Both the position numbers and the translations under genes were made by a program. Shown piece after piece: positions 13,291 to 26,052 of a DNA stretch of 64,000 nt. Origin of the DNA: Tricharina praecox (lineage: Eukaryota); contig NW_026250406.1 of the NCBI RefSeq assembly GCF_024521635.1, positions 1,612,001-1,676,000 on the forward strand. The letters are read 5' to 3'. The notes beneath the pieces are model-generated. The model saw only the letters and a list, made by a program, of their open reading frames with translations. It was not told where the DNA came from and did not search any database. Numbering within the stretch: position 1 is the stretch's first letter; each line of letters starts with the position of its first letter.

Positions 13291-13815
13291 CTACGCCCAT
13301 ACGACCATCACCTTGACACCAAAGCTCTCAATCTGATTTTGCCCGCCCACCCTAGGAAACCAACCAAAGCCGTCGGACGAGCACCTATCGACAATATCCT
13401 CGGCAGCAGACTTGACGAACAAGCACATGATTCCCTCAGGTTTTCCACACAAGACGATGCGGGCGGACTGATGCTCGGCGACGTCGCCGCAATGGGACTT
13501 TCAGGACGTTTCCGGCTTGTACCAGGCTTTCGTGTTGATCTTGGCTAGCGCCTGGAGAACGTGCTGCCTCACTGGGCTGCCCCAGCTGGTCTCGCATTTG
13601 GTCGCCGCGGAAAAGGTTTCGTTGCCCGCCGTGAGTATATTGAGAGCGATGCCGGAGCTGGAGACGTCGGGAGTGACACTGCTGGTCATCGCGGCGGCAG
13701 AGGGACGGTCATCGCCGGGGAAGGCGTCGACGGCGGTATCGTGATCGATGGGGGCACCGGTAACAGCCGTGAGGAAGATAGTTGCAACGGGGAGGAGGTA
13801 CTTGAAGAAGTGCAT
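13291..13815 (-). pseudogene. Small secreted Cys-rich protein, copy 2, with an in-frame TGA
   Basis: MHFFKYLLPVATIFLTAVTGAP...CETSWGSP...WYKPETS*KSHCGDVAEHQSARIVLCGK...C...C...RVGG...WA*. TGA at 13503-13501; the same frame then continues to TAG at 13293-13291. Confidence 0.8.
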
Positions 13816-14913
13816 CGTGTTGGAGGATTTGTTTTTGAGGAGGTAGATATTTTTTGTCGTTAGGATGATGTTGGATGATTGTTGTGAAGAGTGTAGGGAA
13901 GAAAGAAGAAACAAGAAAGGAAAGTGAACCGACGGAAGTCATTCGTCGCTGCTTGCACTTCTATGTCTTCCGCCGCTACCTGAACTTCTATGTGTCGTGC
14001 CACCTTTTGCATTCTACGTAGATAGGCTATGTTCTGGTCTGCTAGGTAAACTATTCCGTTGGCAAGATTATGTGCCGCCAGTCTGCGGGATAGATGGGGT
14101 GGGCCGACGGCATCAGCGAGTCAACTGAACCTTGAGAATCGAGAATCGCAATCAAGAATCACGATCAAGCATCATGAGTATATGAAGCAGGATTCTCTTG
14201 AAGTTCATTTTCGGTGAGCGGCAAAGACGTACCACACTTAAACGCCCTGCTCCTCTGCAGCGTGTAAACGTCTGTTAGTCGACTATGGCGCATAGATTTG
14301 GAGCGGACCGTCAACCATGAATCATGTCGCGCATGTCAGGGAGGGAAAACGAAGGGGAAGGTGCTTTGTCGGTGGGGGCTGCCTCAGAGTCGCACATCCG
14401 AAAAACGACCTTTACTGATGTAAGTCCAGCCACCTTCCTGTCATCTCCACTCGTATCGGTTTGCATCCCTCTAATGTTCGATATTCTACACGCGCAGTGC
14501 CGCTGAAGTCCATTCTCCGCCGGAGTGGCGCAACACCCCGCTACACGACTACAGACACAACAGCTCTACCGCTTGGCGGACCGCCGCCGCCGCCTATCAG
14601 ACATCGGTACCCAGGTTTTCGCAGAGTAATCGGCCACGCTTCGACCACTGCGCAGCCACACTCCAACCGATTTCATGAACTTTCACTGCTCACATCACAC
14701 TAATTAAGACGACTTCTCTTCGCCAAAAGCAACCGATTCCAGCGAAAGCCGCATGAGCGAAATCTAATACGGCGCTACTCCGCAAATGTCAAAATCCGAG
14801 CTAATGTGACAATATGCCAGGATCTTCGTCAAAGTGGCCCCCCAACACCGTCTAGACTCAGCGCCATGCCGCGCTAGGTCCATTGCCGCTAAAACTGGCG
14901 CTGCGACATGAAC

Positions 14914-14985
14914 GGTTCTATAGTGTAATGGTTAGCACGTCGGATTCTGATTCCGGCAATCCCGGTTCGACTCCGGGTAGGACCT
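14914..14985 (+). tRNA. tRNA-Gln(CTG)
   Basis: GGTTCTATAGTGTAATGGTTAGCACGTCGGATTCTGATTCCGGCAATCCCGGTTCGACTCCGGGTAGGACCT: 72 nt cloverleaf, CTG anticodon, T6 run at 15019-15024. Confidence 0.95.
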
Positions 14986-15768
14986 GTACACCGTCCCGGC
15001 CTCATTGTTGGGCGCAAGTTTTTTGCTCCTGCGAAGAAAATTGAGGTCTTCGTATAAAGGAACGGTGGTGGAAGGCCAGCACTGTACGCAGGTGTGGGTG
15101 GTCGCTGGCGGGAGGATATAATAGTCGGTAGAAAGCCGTCGATGAAAGGACAACTCTCATACAAATCATACATTGAGTCAACCTATTTCTCGTGCCTTTC
15201 AAAAGAGGGAGTCGTGTGTCCTGCGGCGGCTATATTGTTCCAGAGATTCCGGAGGCATGAGACGGTGAAGACGAGATAAGATGAACAGCAAATGTGCACA
15301 CCAGTAAGCGATGAACAATTATTATCACTTTAAGATTTGGGAGAACGTAGATCAGGGAATTTTAGGGTGATCAACACTCTTTGAGTGGACAAAATCATCC
15401 TCTCGCACAGCAGCCAAAGAGACAACCAGATAAAAGTCATAGGCTGATTCATTTTTAGGACCGTCCTAGCTGGAATCATAGGCTGCAAATTGTATTTGCT
15501 CACCGCACGCTTTTCAAGCTTCTTGTCTTGTTATCGTTTCGGTAGATGATTGGATTTGTTGATGTTGAAAAAAAAGAAGCGCGCGCGGCGCAAGTGGGTA
15601 GAACGAATAGCGGCATGTTCCGCGACGGTGTCATGGTGTTCGGCGGCGATTTTTGATGTTGGGGCCCTCTCATGGCAGATCTAGCAGACCACCGTGTCCT
15701 CGCTCATGAACTCCATCACGATGTCGATCTCGCGCAGGCGCATTTGGATTTCATCGCCGCCACCCCAG

Positions 15769-16137
15769 TTAAGATGCATCCTTGATGAACACCCGGATGG
15801 TAACTCCGCGGATGCCATCCGCGGGCAGGATCGAATGTGCGCCATGGTAGTGGCGCCGGACACGGCGGTAAACCGTGTCGGTGGGAGCTTCCGAGGCAGC
15901 GGGTGTAATGAACGACACAGGGCGAGCCGCTGGTCTTGCCATCCGAGTGGCTGTAGCGGCAAGCCCCATAGGGCCATTGCCGTCTCCTTTAAAGGCTTGG
16001 CTTATGATTAGCACACGTAGTAACAAGGTTGATGGCATCCTGGCTACTTACTCCGCTGAGGCACAGACCAAGGCGCACACCATAGAGGTTGCCAGCAGCC
16101 ATTGTAGAGGCGTGGGTAGTCGGGCTACTCTAGCCAT
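15769..16137 (-). CDS. Possible small spliced orphan gene or relic
   Basis: Hydrophobic MARVARLPTPLQWLLATSMVCALVCASAE followed by GTAAGT...GCTAAT...AG and a further open frame; CT-rich leader at 16260-16410. Exact structure is uncertain. Confidence 0.3.
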
Positions 16138-17492
16138 CTTACGTCTCGAGCCGAGTTCACTCTGGAAACCAAGTCCGTTAGCCGTGTTGTGGAAATAAGC
16201 TGAACTTGTGAAAAACTCACTTTGGGAGAAAAGGGGGTTGATTATTTTGTCCACCGTGATGAGTGAGGATGAAGTGTGTTGTAATTTGTGGAAGAAAGAA
16301 GAATGGAAAAGGAGGAAGTTTGGGTGATGATTTAGGAAAAACGGTGTTGTGGAGGAAAGAAGAAGAGAGTGGGAGGAGAGTAGGAGGAGAGTAGGAGGAG
16401 AGCGGAATTTACTTCAAAGTTCAGCCAGCGAGGATTATGCGCCCCACCAAGGGCTTTAGGGCTAAGTGTAACTGTTGGTTGTCGCACAAACAAAACAGGG
16501 TGGGAAGAGCAGCGTTAGTTGCAACAGACAGCAGGTTTGTGTTGTGGCTTAGATTTGATCGGTCTGTTTAAAGGACATACTTAGCAAGACACGGCCCGTA
16601 GGTATTAGGTATCAGCATCATTATATCGTACCAGCGGCTCAAGTGTACTGCGACCTAACATATGACACCAACCACTGTGCTGCCTAGGCGTGTAGATGCT
16701 CTCGATTCTCCAAGTCCCGGTAAGATAAAACGATGTGGAACAACGAGTTTCGCTTCTGTTCCGCGTAGTATGTACCCACAGCGTCGCGTGTAACTGTAGT
16801 TGAGGGTGTTAAGCGCCCGCGTGTGCATTGACTTTACTATCACTCCATATCCCTAACCCAACACATACCGCGGGGAATCGACGCCGTGTATACTGCCGTT
16901 CGAAAATACAAATAGGCTCCCACAAGGCTCAGCCCACCATTAGTGTCGAATATAGGAGTATAAAATCTTGATTATTCTGTCTTCTGCAGCGGCAGAAGGT
17001 CCTCTATGTACATGTGCTATCTACATGGCCTCCAGGCTCGTCCTGTCGGTGGGCTGCTTGTAGACCCCATCACGCTCAGGGCATCAGACATGACTGGGAC
17101 GCCTAAGGTCCGGACGCTTGAGATCCGGTCGCCAGTCGTCCGGCACCAAATATGACTCGGACAAGCTCTGTCGCCACCACCTCCGGCGAGAGCTCCTCTG
17201 GCGCCAGGCCTCCCCCAGAGCGATCGGACGTCTGCATCCAACAGTTAGACCAATAGCTGAGATAACCATTGAGCTGAGTGTTGAAAGTTTGAGACGAAAA
17301 CCTAATTCCATTCAACCATGAAAAGAAAACCGGTGAGAACCTCGCGTCCTCCCCCATCAAGCTACCGTACCAACCCAATGATTCCTACCTCGTGCTTTAC
17401 TTCCCTATCACCGCCAGACGATCATCATACGACAACCACAAGCCTACAAGATCCGAAAGAAGAAGAAGCACGAGAAACCCATCGCCGAGGCC

Positions 17493-17618
17493 ACACGGAG
17501 GTGGCGAGTGGCGGCAAGCAAATTCTATCCGAGGCACCCCCGCTCCTTTATCCATATATGCCTTTTGTTCTGGCCACGATATACTGTGCACTACTTCAGA
17601 ATACCACTTTTCTTGACA
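17493..17618. mobile_element. Truncated LTR, family A, opposite orientation
   Basis: Ends ...CCACTTTTCTTGACA, the reverse complement of the start of the LTR at 6003; similarity runs ~125 bp and the other terminus is missing. Confidence 0.8.
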
Positions 17619-18111
17619 GAGGCGCCGACGCCGGTGACCGGGTGATCTGTAGTGGAACGGTGGCAGCGGCGGCGGCGGCGGATAGCGGGGTTTGTGGACT
17701 CGACAGCAAGAGCCTAGTTTAGGTCGCTGTCGAAGTTTTCACGGGCGAAGGTATAATGTGCCCGCGCTGGAGCTAAAAAGGTATCCGGTACCCTCGTCGG
17801 TACGCGATGCCCGCTGCACGGCCACCCTATTTTGGACTAAGTCTACTGGACAACGAGGTTCGACAGGGAGAAAGAAAATGCTTTTATATTCTATTGAAGC
17901 ACTCAAGCTCGCTATGGTGCTGCTTTCCCAACTTTTATCACGATTTGTTTCGAAGTTGTGTTGCATTGGTTGAAAAGTAAAATATCAGTTGGCAGTTCAG
18001 TGACGAGTCAATCCAATTTAGTGGCGGGTCATTGTATTTTAGTGACGAGTAAATCCATCTTAATGACATGCCACTAGTCACTATGTGTGCACATAGCGAG
18101 TGAGTATTTAC

Positions 18112-18410
18112 GTCTTCAGATGAAGACAACGCTCCATGTCGAGGGATTAATGGCTCCAGCGAGTCTCACGCTGGAGAAAAGTGAATCCGTCGCGCTTTGT
18201 GTCTTCAGATGAAGCCAATGCTGCATGTCGCGGGATGGCAGAATGCATCCGTCGAACTTTACCTCTTCAGATGAAGACAATGCTGGATAGCGCGGGATTA
18301 GGAAGAATGAATCCGGCGAGTCTCACGCCGAGAAAAGAATGAATCCGTCGAGTCATCACGTATTCAGATGAAGACAATGCTGCATGTCGAGGGAAAAGTG
18401 AATCCGGCTA
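18112..18410. repeat. Degenerate tandem array with a TCTTCA-GA-TGAAGA inverted-repeat core (4 units)
   Basis: TTCAGATGAAG(A/C)CAA(T/C)GCT near 18115, 18204, 18266 and 18363, interleaved with GAATCCG(T/G)CG motifs. Confidence 0.85.
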
Positions 18411-21400
18411 TCCGATGTCGTCAACGCCGGGCGCCATCCAGAATGAAGCCGTCGAGACTGAAGCCGGCCAGTCGATACTCCTTTCAAAGCCGGGCAAGCT
18501 AGCATGAATCCGGCGACTCGATTCCTCGCGTGCGCCGGCTCCTCGAACAGGCTCTAGAAGCCCACGATACCCAAGTGGAAAACGTGCCTGCGATTATTGA
18601 ATCAGCTCCATGTATCAAATTATTAGGCGGGAATACTACTCACCATCTGCATGATCAACCTGCGTTTAAGCGCCGTGTATCCGCTCCAACTATTCCTGAG
18701 TCCTGACAATCTCCACCTAGCCCGCGATATTCGTTTTGCTGACACTTGCCACCCGTTGACGTCGCGGGTGGCCCACGAGGGGAAGCGAGTGTAGATTGCT
18801 GCTGCTGACACATTGCCCTTGTGCCGCGGGTGGCCGCGGGCAAACAGATGTAAAACGTAACCCCAACGCCTCAGGACTTGAACTCATTCGCATTCTCGTA
18901 ATAGCACCTGCGTTGATTAATTAGCTCCATACCTTCAGATCGGCACGTAAGATGCATCGCCACTCACCTGTAACATGATAAACCCTGGCGAACAGTAGTG
19001 TCGCTGATGCGACTTGAGCCCCACGATGAGACGCTTCAGCACTGTGCCTCGGGTCGAACCCTTCCTGTCGATCATCGCCTTCACACCGCTCCCCTCGAAA
19101 AGCGCGGCATCTCATTCCCTGCGACGAGGAAGATCTGCAGGATGAGGGTATAAAACAGCTCATTGGGCGAACAAGTTGAGCTTCTCCTTCGCCGCCACAT
19201 TGCCGTAAGTGCCAAAGTAGGTCGTTGCTCACGCACACAGTCGCATCGTATCTCACTCGTTCCGCTTCAGACGGCTAGTGTTTGACCTTATCCGGACTAG
19301 TGCAAGACCATCGTCACGTGACTGGATCGGCTAGGTACCACACACGTCCGGCTCCACCTCCAACGAATGTCCGTAGGTGTATCGGCACTGACGACGATAC
19401 TTTTGGTTTCACCATCATATCTGCCCCCTACTCAATCACATCGATGCTGCGAGAAATACGGATGGACTATTGTTCGAGAAGACAACGTTCCCCGGCTACA
19501 TAGGAGTGTCCGAAGAGGTTTGGGCAATTCATGAGATGGACATCCACCGTCGCCAGCACAGTCAGCGGAATTCTACTACAGTACATCAGGGGAGAGGGAG
19601 TTGAAGACGGGACTACGAGAGATATGAGGCCGTACAAAATATTTTGAAGATCCATAGGGCTGTGACTAAACACCGCCTGACGCGCGGTAAACATAGGGGG
19701 AGACGACGACGGACATCACTTTTGTCCACTATACAAGTTATTCATGATCACTCACTCATCTTACCGCATAGCATAAAACTATAACGTCGTCTTCATCAGG
19801 ACTAGTGCTTACACGCGTTTAGACTCCACTATAAAGTTATAGTTACACTCTCGGAACGGAGGTGGAGTCTGGACATCACTGACGAGTGCCTTCTATGTAG
19901 TACGTTCTCGATCGATCCACTCTATTCTTCTCTCCTTGCCTTGCGACTGACTTTTCGCGAAGTCTCTAAGCCACGATGCGACATTTGCACATCTTGGCGG
20001 ATTTCTGTCATGCGCAAATCTAATGAGAGACTGGAGACTCGAGAAAGACTCGTTTCGTGTCAGAGTACTACTTGGACCTGGCTGTCGTCGGAGGACTGTT
20101 CACCGAAGTTATTGGCCTGGTAGTCTGGTAACCGCAACGGTGAACACGAAACCTCCACCGTTGCCTTCGAACTGAGGTTTCTTAGCGGCTGGCGTTGTCT
20201 CGGAACATTCGTACGCGACTCCCACACCGGGTCAAAAGAATATGCCATCGGATAATAGCATCGTGAGTGAAGCATGAACTCTGCGCCCAGTATATCCACC
20301 GCCGAGATCCAGGGGCCGATAGGCACCTACCCCAACGGTACCGGGCCACACGCGTTTTTACCCGTGCATCTGATAGGGCTAACTCTATACACGTCGCAAG
20401 CCCGCGCGCTTCGGCAGAACATTCGTCTGGGACCTGCACGGACCAGGGAGCGATCTCTACTATGTAGCAGTCAGTAATTAGTTATCGGTGAGTGCATAAA
20501 TTGGAAGACCCGTGAGTGGAAACTTTTGTGGCCGGCATTATCGCGGTACCTGCATGAAGCTCCGAGACACACACACGCTAGCGAGCTGCACGGTTCAATT
20601 GCATCATGACGCGACGGAGACAGCCGCGAAAGCGAAAAGCCCGGAGCGTGCGTAACCATCGGGTTTTTTGTACTCTATTGTAACTGTAAGGACAATTCCG
20701 GCTGGACTTCAGTGTCGCGACGCGCGTTTTGGCTGCGCAGGATACGCAGATAGTATCTGTCGGCTTTTCGTCAGAAAACAACTTCAGGCTCCGCACATTT
20801 CGGGCCGAGAAATTCGCATTATCCCCACCGCCGTCGCACTACCGCGACTGCGCGGCTTCTCTTTGAGGATTCGACCAATGCGAAGGCCGCAGCCCGGTGA
20901 GCGGCGGAGCGCTCCCACCAATTGCAGTCGAATAGCCGACCATCCTGAACGATTCGGTGAGACGAGGCCAAGCGAAATGAGACAAATGCGACGATCTCTC
21001 CATCCCGGCTAATAGTTTCGCAAGGAAGAGCCGCCCTCAAACCCCGGGTCCCCGGGTCCCCGGTAGGCGCCCATATGAATATACTGCTCCACCGGTGGCC
21101 CTACTAATCTGGGTGTGATAGTGTGTTCTCTGCGAGGTATCTAACCAATTCGCCTTCTGATTGTTGTCTTCTCGTCGGGAGTCAGCCCAGAATCTCTCCG
21201 GGCCTCCTGGTAAACACCATGCAGGTACATCCTTTCAACTGGGGACCGGTTACTAGGAATAGCGACGGGACGATACGACAACATGTGTCCATGCGATTTA
21301 ACGTCCGACAAGCATGCGCTGCTACGGTACCAAGATTACTGGCTGCTTCAGCCACACTCCAATAATACAAAACTTACCGGGCATGCCGGCCAGACGATTC

Positions 21401-21656
21401 CCGGGGAGTCCCCAGAGGCGATACTCCATTCAGAAGCCGTCATGATGGATGTCAACAGGCAGCTGCAGCTTCCCGCGCTGGCAGAAGGTTGGGACATCAG
21501 GTATAAAGAGTTGTTAGGGGCCCCGCTAAGTTGAGATTTCGCCACAGCAAACACCGCCTCGACGTGCGAATTAACTATATCCCTTCCTTAAACCCTCCTT
21601 CACCAGTGTCAACCTTGAGGCGGCTCCTACCCCACCAGAACTCAATACAACTCGCA

Positions 21657-23015
21657 ATGTACACCTCATCGATGGCCACCGCGCTGCTGTATGCGCTCCC
21701 ACTGATCGGCTCCGCCACCGGCTTCCCGGCACCCAACGCCGTCCCCGAGCGCAAATGGGCGCTGACTATCGACCGCCCCGAGCGCTTTTCGCACACGCAC
21801 TACAAGGGCCGGGTGATCCCCAAAGCCGTCGAGCTCCCGGCGTGGGCTTCAACGCCCCTCACCACGCTAGAGAAAGACATCACCACGACCGCCAACGACG
21901 CCATCGCCAACCTCTTCACCTACCGCGACGCCGACTTCGACTTCAAGAACATCTCGTGGTGGCAAGTCGGCAACGCCTACGCCGCCGTTGCCTCCTACGA
22001 CCTATTCATGGGCCCCGCGCACCAGCAGCAAGTAACCGAAGGGCTGCACCGGCTGATCGAGCGGGGCGACTCCGGCCAATCCGATCCCGTCGGGCTCGAG
22101 AACCAATTCAACGACGACTCACTGTGGTGGGCGCTGGCGTGCGTGGACGCGTACCAGGTGTATGGCGACGCCGCATGCGCCACTGAAGCAAAACGGCTAT
22201 GGCAGTGGGTGAAGGACACCTCGCTGGTGGTGCAGACCGGCATCGCGCCGAACATGGGCGGGATCCAGCGCACCGCCGTCATCAGCGACCAGTGCGCGCT
22301 CGAGTACGGCACCTACTGGACTACTAAGCCCGAGGAGTTCTATCTCAACAGCATCACTACCGGCCTCATGGCCCAGGCGTCCGCGAGGATCAATGAGGCC
22401 GTCGGCGCAAGCAATGAGCTCGTCGATGTCGCCCAAGGGACTATTAAGTTCCTCAGGAACCACACTGTTGATGCAGGCCAGCTGCTTGTCAACTGGGACG
22501 GCGTCGAGGGCGATAAGTGCAGCGTCAGCCCGGGTGCCTACACCTACAACACCGGTAAGTTCCTCTCCCTTCGCGCATCACTCCGTCACTTTACTAACCC
22601 CACTCCAGGAGTGTACCTCGCCGCGCTCGTCTCCCTTTTCCACGCGTCAGGGGACACCACATTCCTCCACGAAGCAGAGGAGGTCGCCTACGCCTCAATG
22701 GAAACAGCATACTGGACGGACGGCGCGGGGCTTATCACAGACGGCAAAGGCCTGGTGGACAATAGCGACGGCGCGGGGTTCCGGTCGATCCTCCTGCGCG
22801 CGCTGGTGCGCCTGTACAAGGCCACGTCCAACGAAGACGTCAAGACGGAGATGCGCGGGTTCGTTAATTTGAACTTTAATATGATGTACACCCAGGCGAG
22901 GAGCGGCGACGACTACGATATTAATTGGTTCGGCCCGTTTACCAAGAGAACCGTTTGGGGGCAGTTTGTCGCCGTTGATCTCCTTGCGGCAGCCGCGATA
23001 ATGAATACGCAGTAG
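21657..23015 (+). CDS. Secreted glycoside hydrolase family 76 (alpha-1,6-mannanase/Dfg5-Dcw1-like)
   Basis: Signal peptide; WWQ, NQFNDDSLWWALA (catalytic DD), YLNSITTGL, YTYNTG and GFRSIL motifs. One 54-nt in-frame intron 22555..22608 (GTAAGT...ACTAAC...CAG). No obvious GPI tail. Confidence 0.92.
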   Translation: MYTSSMATALLYALPLIGSATGFPAPNAVPERKWALTIDRPERFSHTHYKGRVIPKAVELPAWASTPLTTLEKDITTTANDAIANLFTYRDADFDFKNISWWQVGNAYAAVASYDLFMGPAHQQQVTEGLHRLIERGDSGQSDPVGLENQFNDDSLWWALACVDAYQVYGDAACATEAKRLWQWVKDTSLVVQTGIAPNMGGIQRTAVISDQCALEYGTYWTTKPEEFYLNSITTGLMAQASARINEAVGASNELVDVAQGTIKFLRNHTVDAGQLLVNWDGVEGDKCSVSPGAYTYNTGKFLSLRASLRHFTNPTPGVYLAALVSLFHASGDTTFLHEAEEVAYASMETAYWTDGAGLITDGKGLVDNSDGAGFRSILLRALVRLYKATSNEDVKTEMRGFVNLNFNMMYTQARSGDDYDINWFGPFTKRTVWGQFVAVDLLAAAAIMNTQ

Positions 23016-25891
23016 AGCGGGGGGCGACTGGGTGAGGCGTTGGAAGGATTGGAGGAGGATTACTACTGTACGATACGATACTTACTTTCTATTTTCTATT
23101 TGTGGGTGGGTGGGTGGGTGGGCACTGGGCGAACCGTGGTAATACGGGCTAGATGAAACGGGGGCGATATTGGTGCGGGGATTAATTCGACAGCTGTGGG
23201 TGGATCATGGATGGGTCAAGCCGGCTGCCGGGGCGAACATGGCGGATATATATGTAATCCTATTAGTATAAACCTTCTTAGAATATAAGGCTGAGCGGAA
23301 ACAACCTGGTCGCGAATACGGACTCTCTACTTCGGTACAAGGAGCGGGGTACCATGATGACAACTGTCAACGGGTACCTGATCAGTGATCACCCATCAGT
23401 TGTTTTTGGCTTCTCGAAATGTTACTTGCGCCCCGCACACGCCACACGCCACACGCCGCACGCCACAGACCACGGACCACAGACTACAGACCAAACGCCA
23501 TCCACGGCACTCATCAGTACGCATGGCAGAGCACGGTCCTAACGGTAAACCAGGCAATCCATTGTCCACACGACCATAGACATGGTGCCCGCACGGTGCA
23601 GGCTGCGGTGAAGAAAGACACAGTGGTTTAAGCTTTAAAGTTTTTATCTCTTCACCCGGAAAGTTTACGTGGCAACTGCCAACAGCCGACCCCACCAAAA
23701 GAACAAAACAGATCACCTGACTAGGTACTCTCGAACGTGCAACGTGCAACTGCACCTACTCGGTGATGACTGGTTACTGGTAATACGGCACCCGTACGCC
23801 GTCGCCTACTGGGACTGTCTGGGGGGCTCTGCCTACGCCAGTCCGAGGCTGCCATGACGGAGAATTGATACACATACCGTACACTTCGCAAACATCGCGT
23901 GCGGACACGTGCGGTGCCGTGATACTGTCGTGGTGGGGGTTGTGTGGGGCGTGATGGGCTGGATGATGGATCTCGAGGCGTCTGGACGGGAATGAAGGCT
24001 GCGGTGTTGGGGCAGCGGTGAGGGCGTGGTGGTGAGAGTGGAGACCGGGGGAGACCAAGAGGGGGGGATATTCACAGAAATAGGATACGACTCGGGACTA
24101 GCGTTCGTTTCGGAGGCACTGTGTGCTGTGCTACCTACGTCGGGATCGAGATGGACGGGAAGCAGTTTCATCGGCAGTGACGTTTATGTGCCGAAGTTGA
24201 ATGCTGGTATTCCTCCCGCCAGCTTGTTACTTTCGAAGGGGTGATGCATCCACACGGATGTTCGATATCGCCATGTTCTACGCCCGTATTCTATCTTGGT
24301 CGAGATATCGGGGGTCTGGGGCTCATGAGTACTTAGATACTCTCGGGGGTCTTTGGCCACAAGCTACGCCGGTTCATGACCCACACACGATATTGATACT
24401 CAACCAGATTCCACATTCAATATTCCACTATCGTCCCCCCCCTCCCCCTCCTATGCACCCCGCCCCAATCCCCAACCCTCGGCTGGATGAGACTCCAACA
24501 CTCCGGACATTTCTTATGCTGACACTTGCAACGTATCCAACGCCACGGCAGGTAGACCCTTACTACGGCTTTCTTGCAAATGCAACATCCGAAGAGTACT
24601 GCCTCAATGCTGCCAACGGTGGTGGCGACGGAGTCGACGATGGACAATATAGCCATTTACTGCAAGGTCTGCACGAAACGAGTGTAGCAGGATGCCGATA
24701 GGGCCAGCGTAGCCGTAGTCGAAGCGGGCTACCGGCATATATGGCGGTATCTCGGGGGTTTTACTTGACGACCGGGTTCGACTCCGCGTGAGTGGTAGTA
24801 TGGTGGTAGCATACCGTAGCGCGGTTCGAGATGGATGCGATTTCGCGTGGCCCAGTTGGTCGGCGACTCGTCACTCGACTCGCACAATCGGGGGGGGGGG
24901 CATACCGGTAGGTTGTCTCGCTTCACGGCCATTCTTTCGCTCTACGCGCCGAGGGGAGCTGGAGCGGGGCCGGTGGCTCTCGCAGGTGCCAGGTGCCAGG
25001 TGCCTTCGGCAAGGATCTAACAATCCTCTCGATGCTGTGTGCTGACCAGACTGTGACGTATCACCACTGGATCCCGGCCGGTGCGCATGATATATAAAGG
25101 CCGATCGGCAGCCACGTCAAACAAAAACAGGGATCATGCACGTCGTGGCGTATGTAGGGATCCTACGGGCGCGGGACTTCAACTCCGTCCCTGGACCCTG
25201 GGGCTGCGGTAAGTTGATGAGGGATTGGGATAGGTGGAGATGCTTCTGGGCGGAATGATCTGGAAACACCGCCCCTGCTTTGCGACGATCACAGGTGGTG
25301 TCCGGGCGGTACGCGGTACGTTCTGTGTTTGGGGTGGCGCATCATGAGAGGGCACTCGCACTCGCCACGGGTTTCTAGGTTTGCGTCGAATTTGATACGA
25401 AAACTAGTAGCATATCTCCAGTACGGTAGAGGAATAGCGACTCTGAAGTCTGTTCTGGATGAATGGTGTCGATACAAGACCCAGACCCGCGAGCGACTTT
25501 GCAGGTACATTGTACTGTTCCGACGGGTGAGCCAGCAGAAGATACTCTTGCTCGTGAGGCACACAGAGCAAGGGGATATCATTATGTTAACCCTCTTGAA
25601 AGAAAGCAACAATCTAGCAGCTCTACCCCACCCAAGCTATGCGCATCAAGCCCCGTTTCACGAAACAGCTTCTCGTTCGTCTCGATCCCGCCGCAGCACA
25701 TCTGCCACCTCCGAGACGAATCTTCGCGTCTTGCCGCCTCCTATTCCGACGCATATAACCCTCTCATATCTTCCGATATGTCATCTCACCACCACGTCTC
25801 CCACGGCCACCAACACCCCAGCCCTCATTCCAGCCTCCATTCCAGCCTCCATTCCAGCCTCCAAGCCTCCAGAATCCAGATCCAGCACAAC

Positions 25892-26052
25892 ATGCCCAAC
25901 ACCACCACCACCACCCCCGGCGAGAGCAGTATACTAGCTATTAGCTTCCTCTGCTACCACTGCAACCGCGTCGCGCTGTTCGGCACGCATTGCGGTGCCA
26001 CGCGTGTCGGCATGTGATGTGTGTGAAGTGTAAGCGTAGCAATTTCGCGTGA
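25892..26052 (+). pseudogene. Tiny Cys/His-rich (zinc-binding-like) peptide gene with a frameshift
   Basis: MPNTTTTTPGESSILAISFLCYHCNRVALFGTHCGATR, then in a shifted frame CRHVMCVKCKRSNFA*; 161 nt from ATG to TGA. An inverted decayed copy lies at ~23875-24075. Confidence 0.5.

Noticed and set aside
13501..13503. Selenocysteine or stop-codon reassignment to explain in-frame stops
   Set aside because: The lesions involve all three stop codons plus frameshifts, intact genes end in TAA, TAG and TGA normally, and neither tRNA is a suppressor.
18112..18410. CRISPR-like repeat-spacer array
   Set aside because: Eukaryotic context, degenerate repeats, spacers related to each other and of uneven length, no cas genes.
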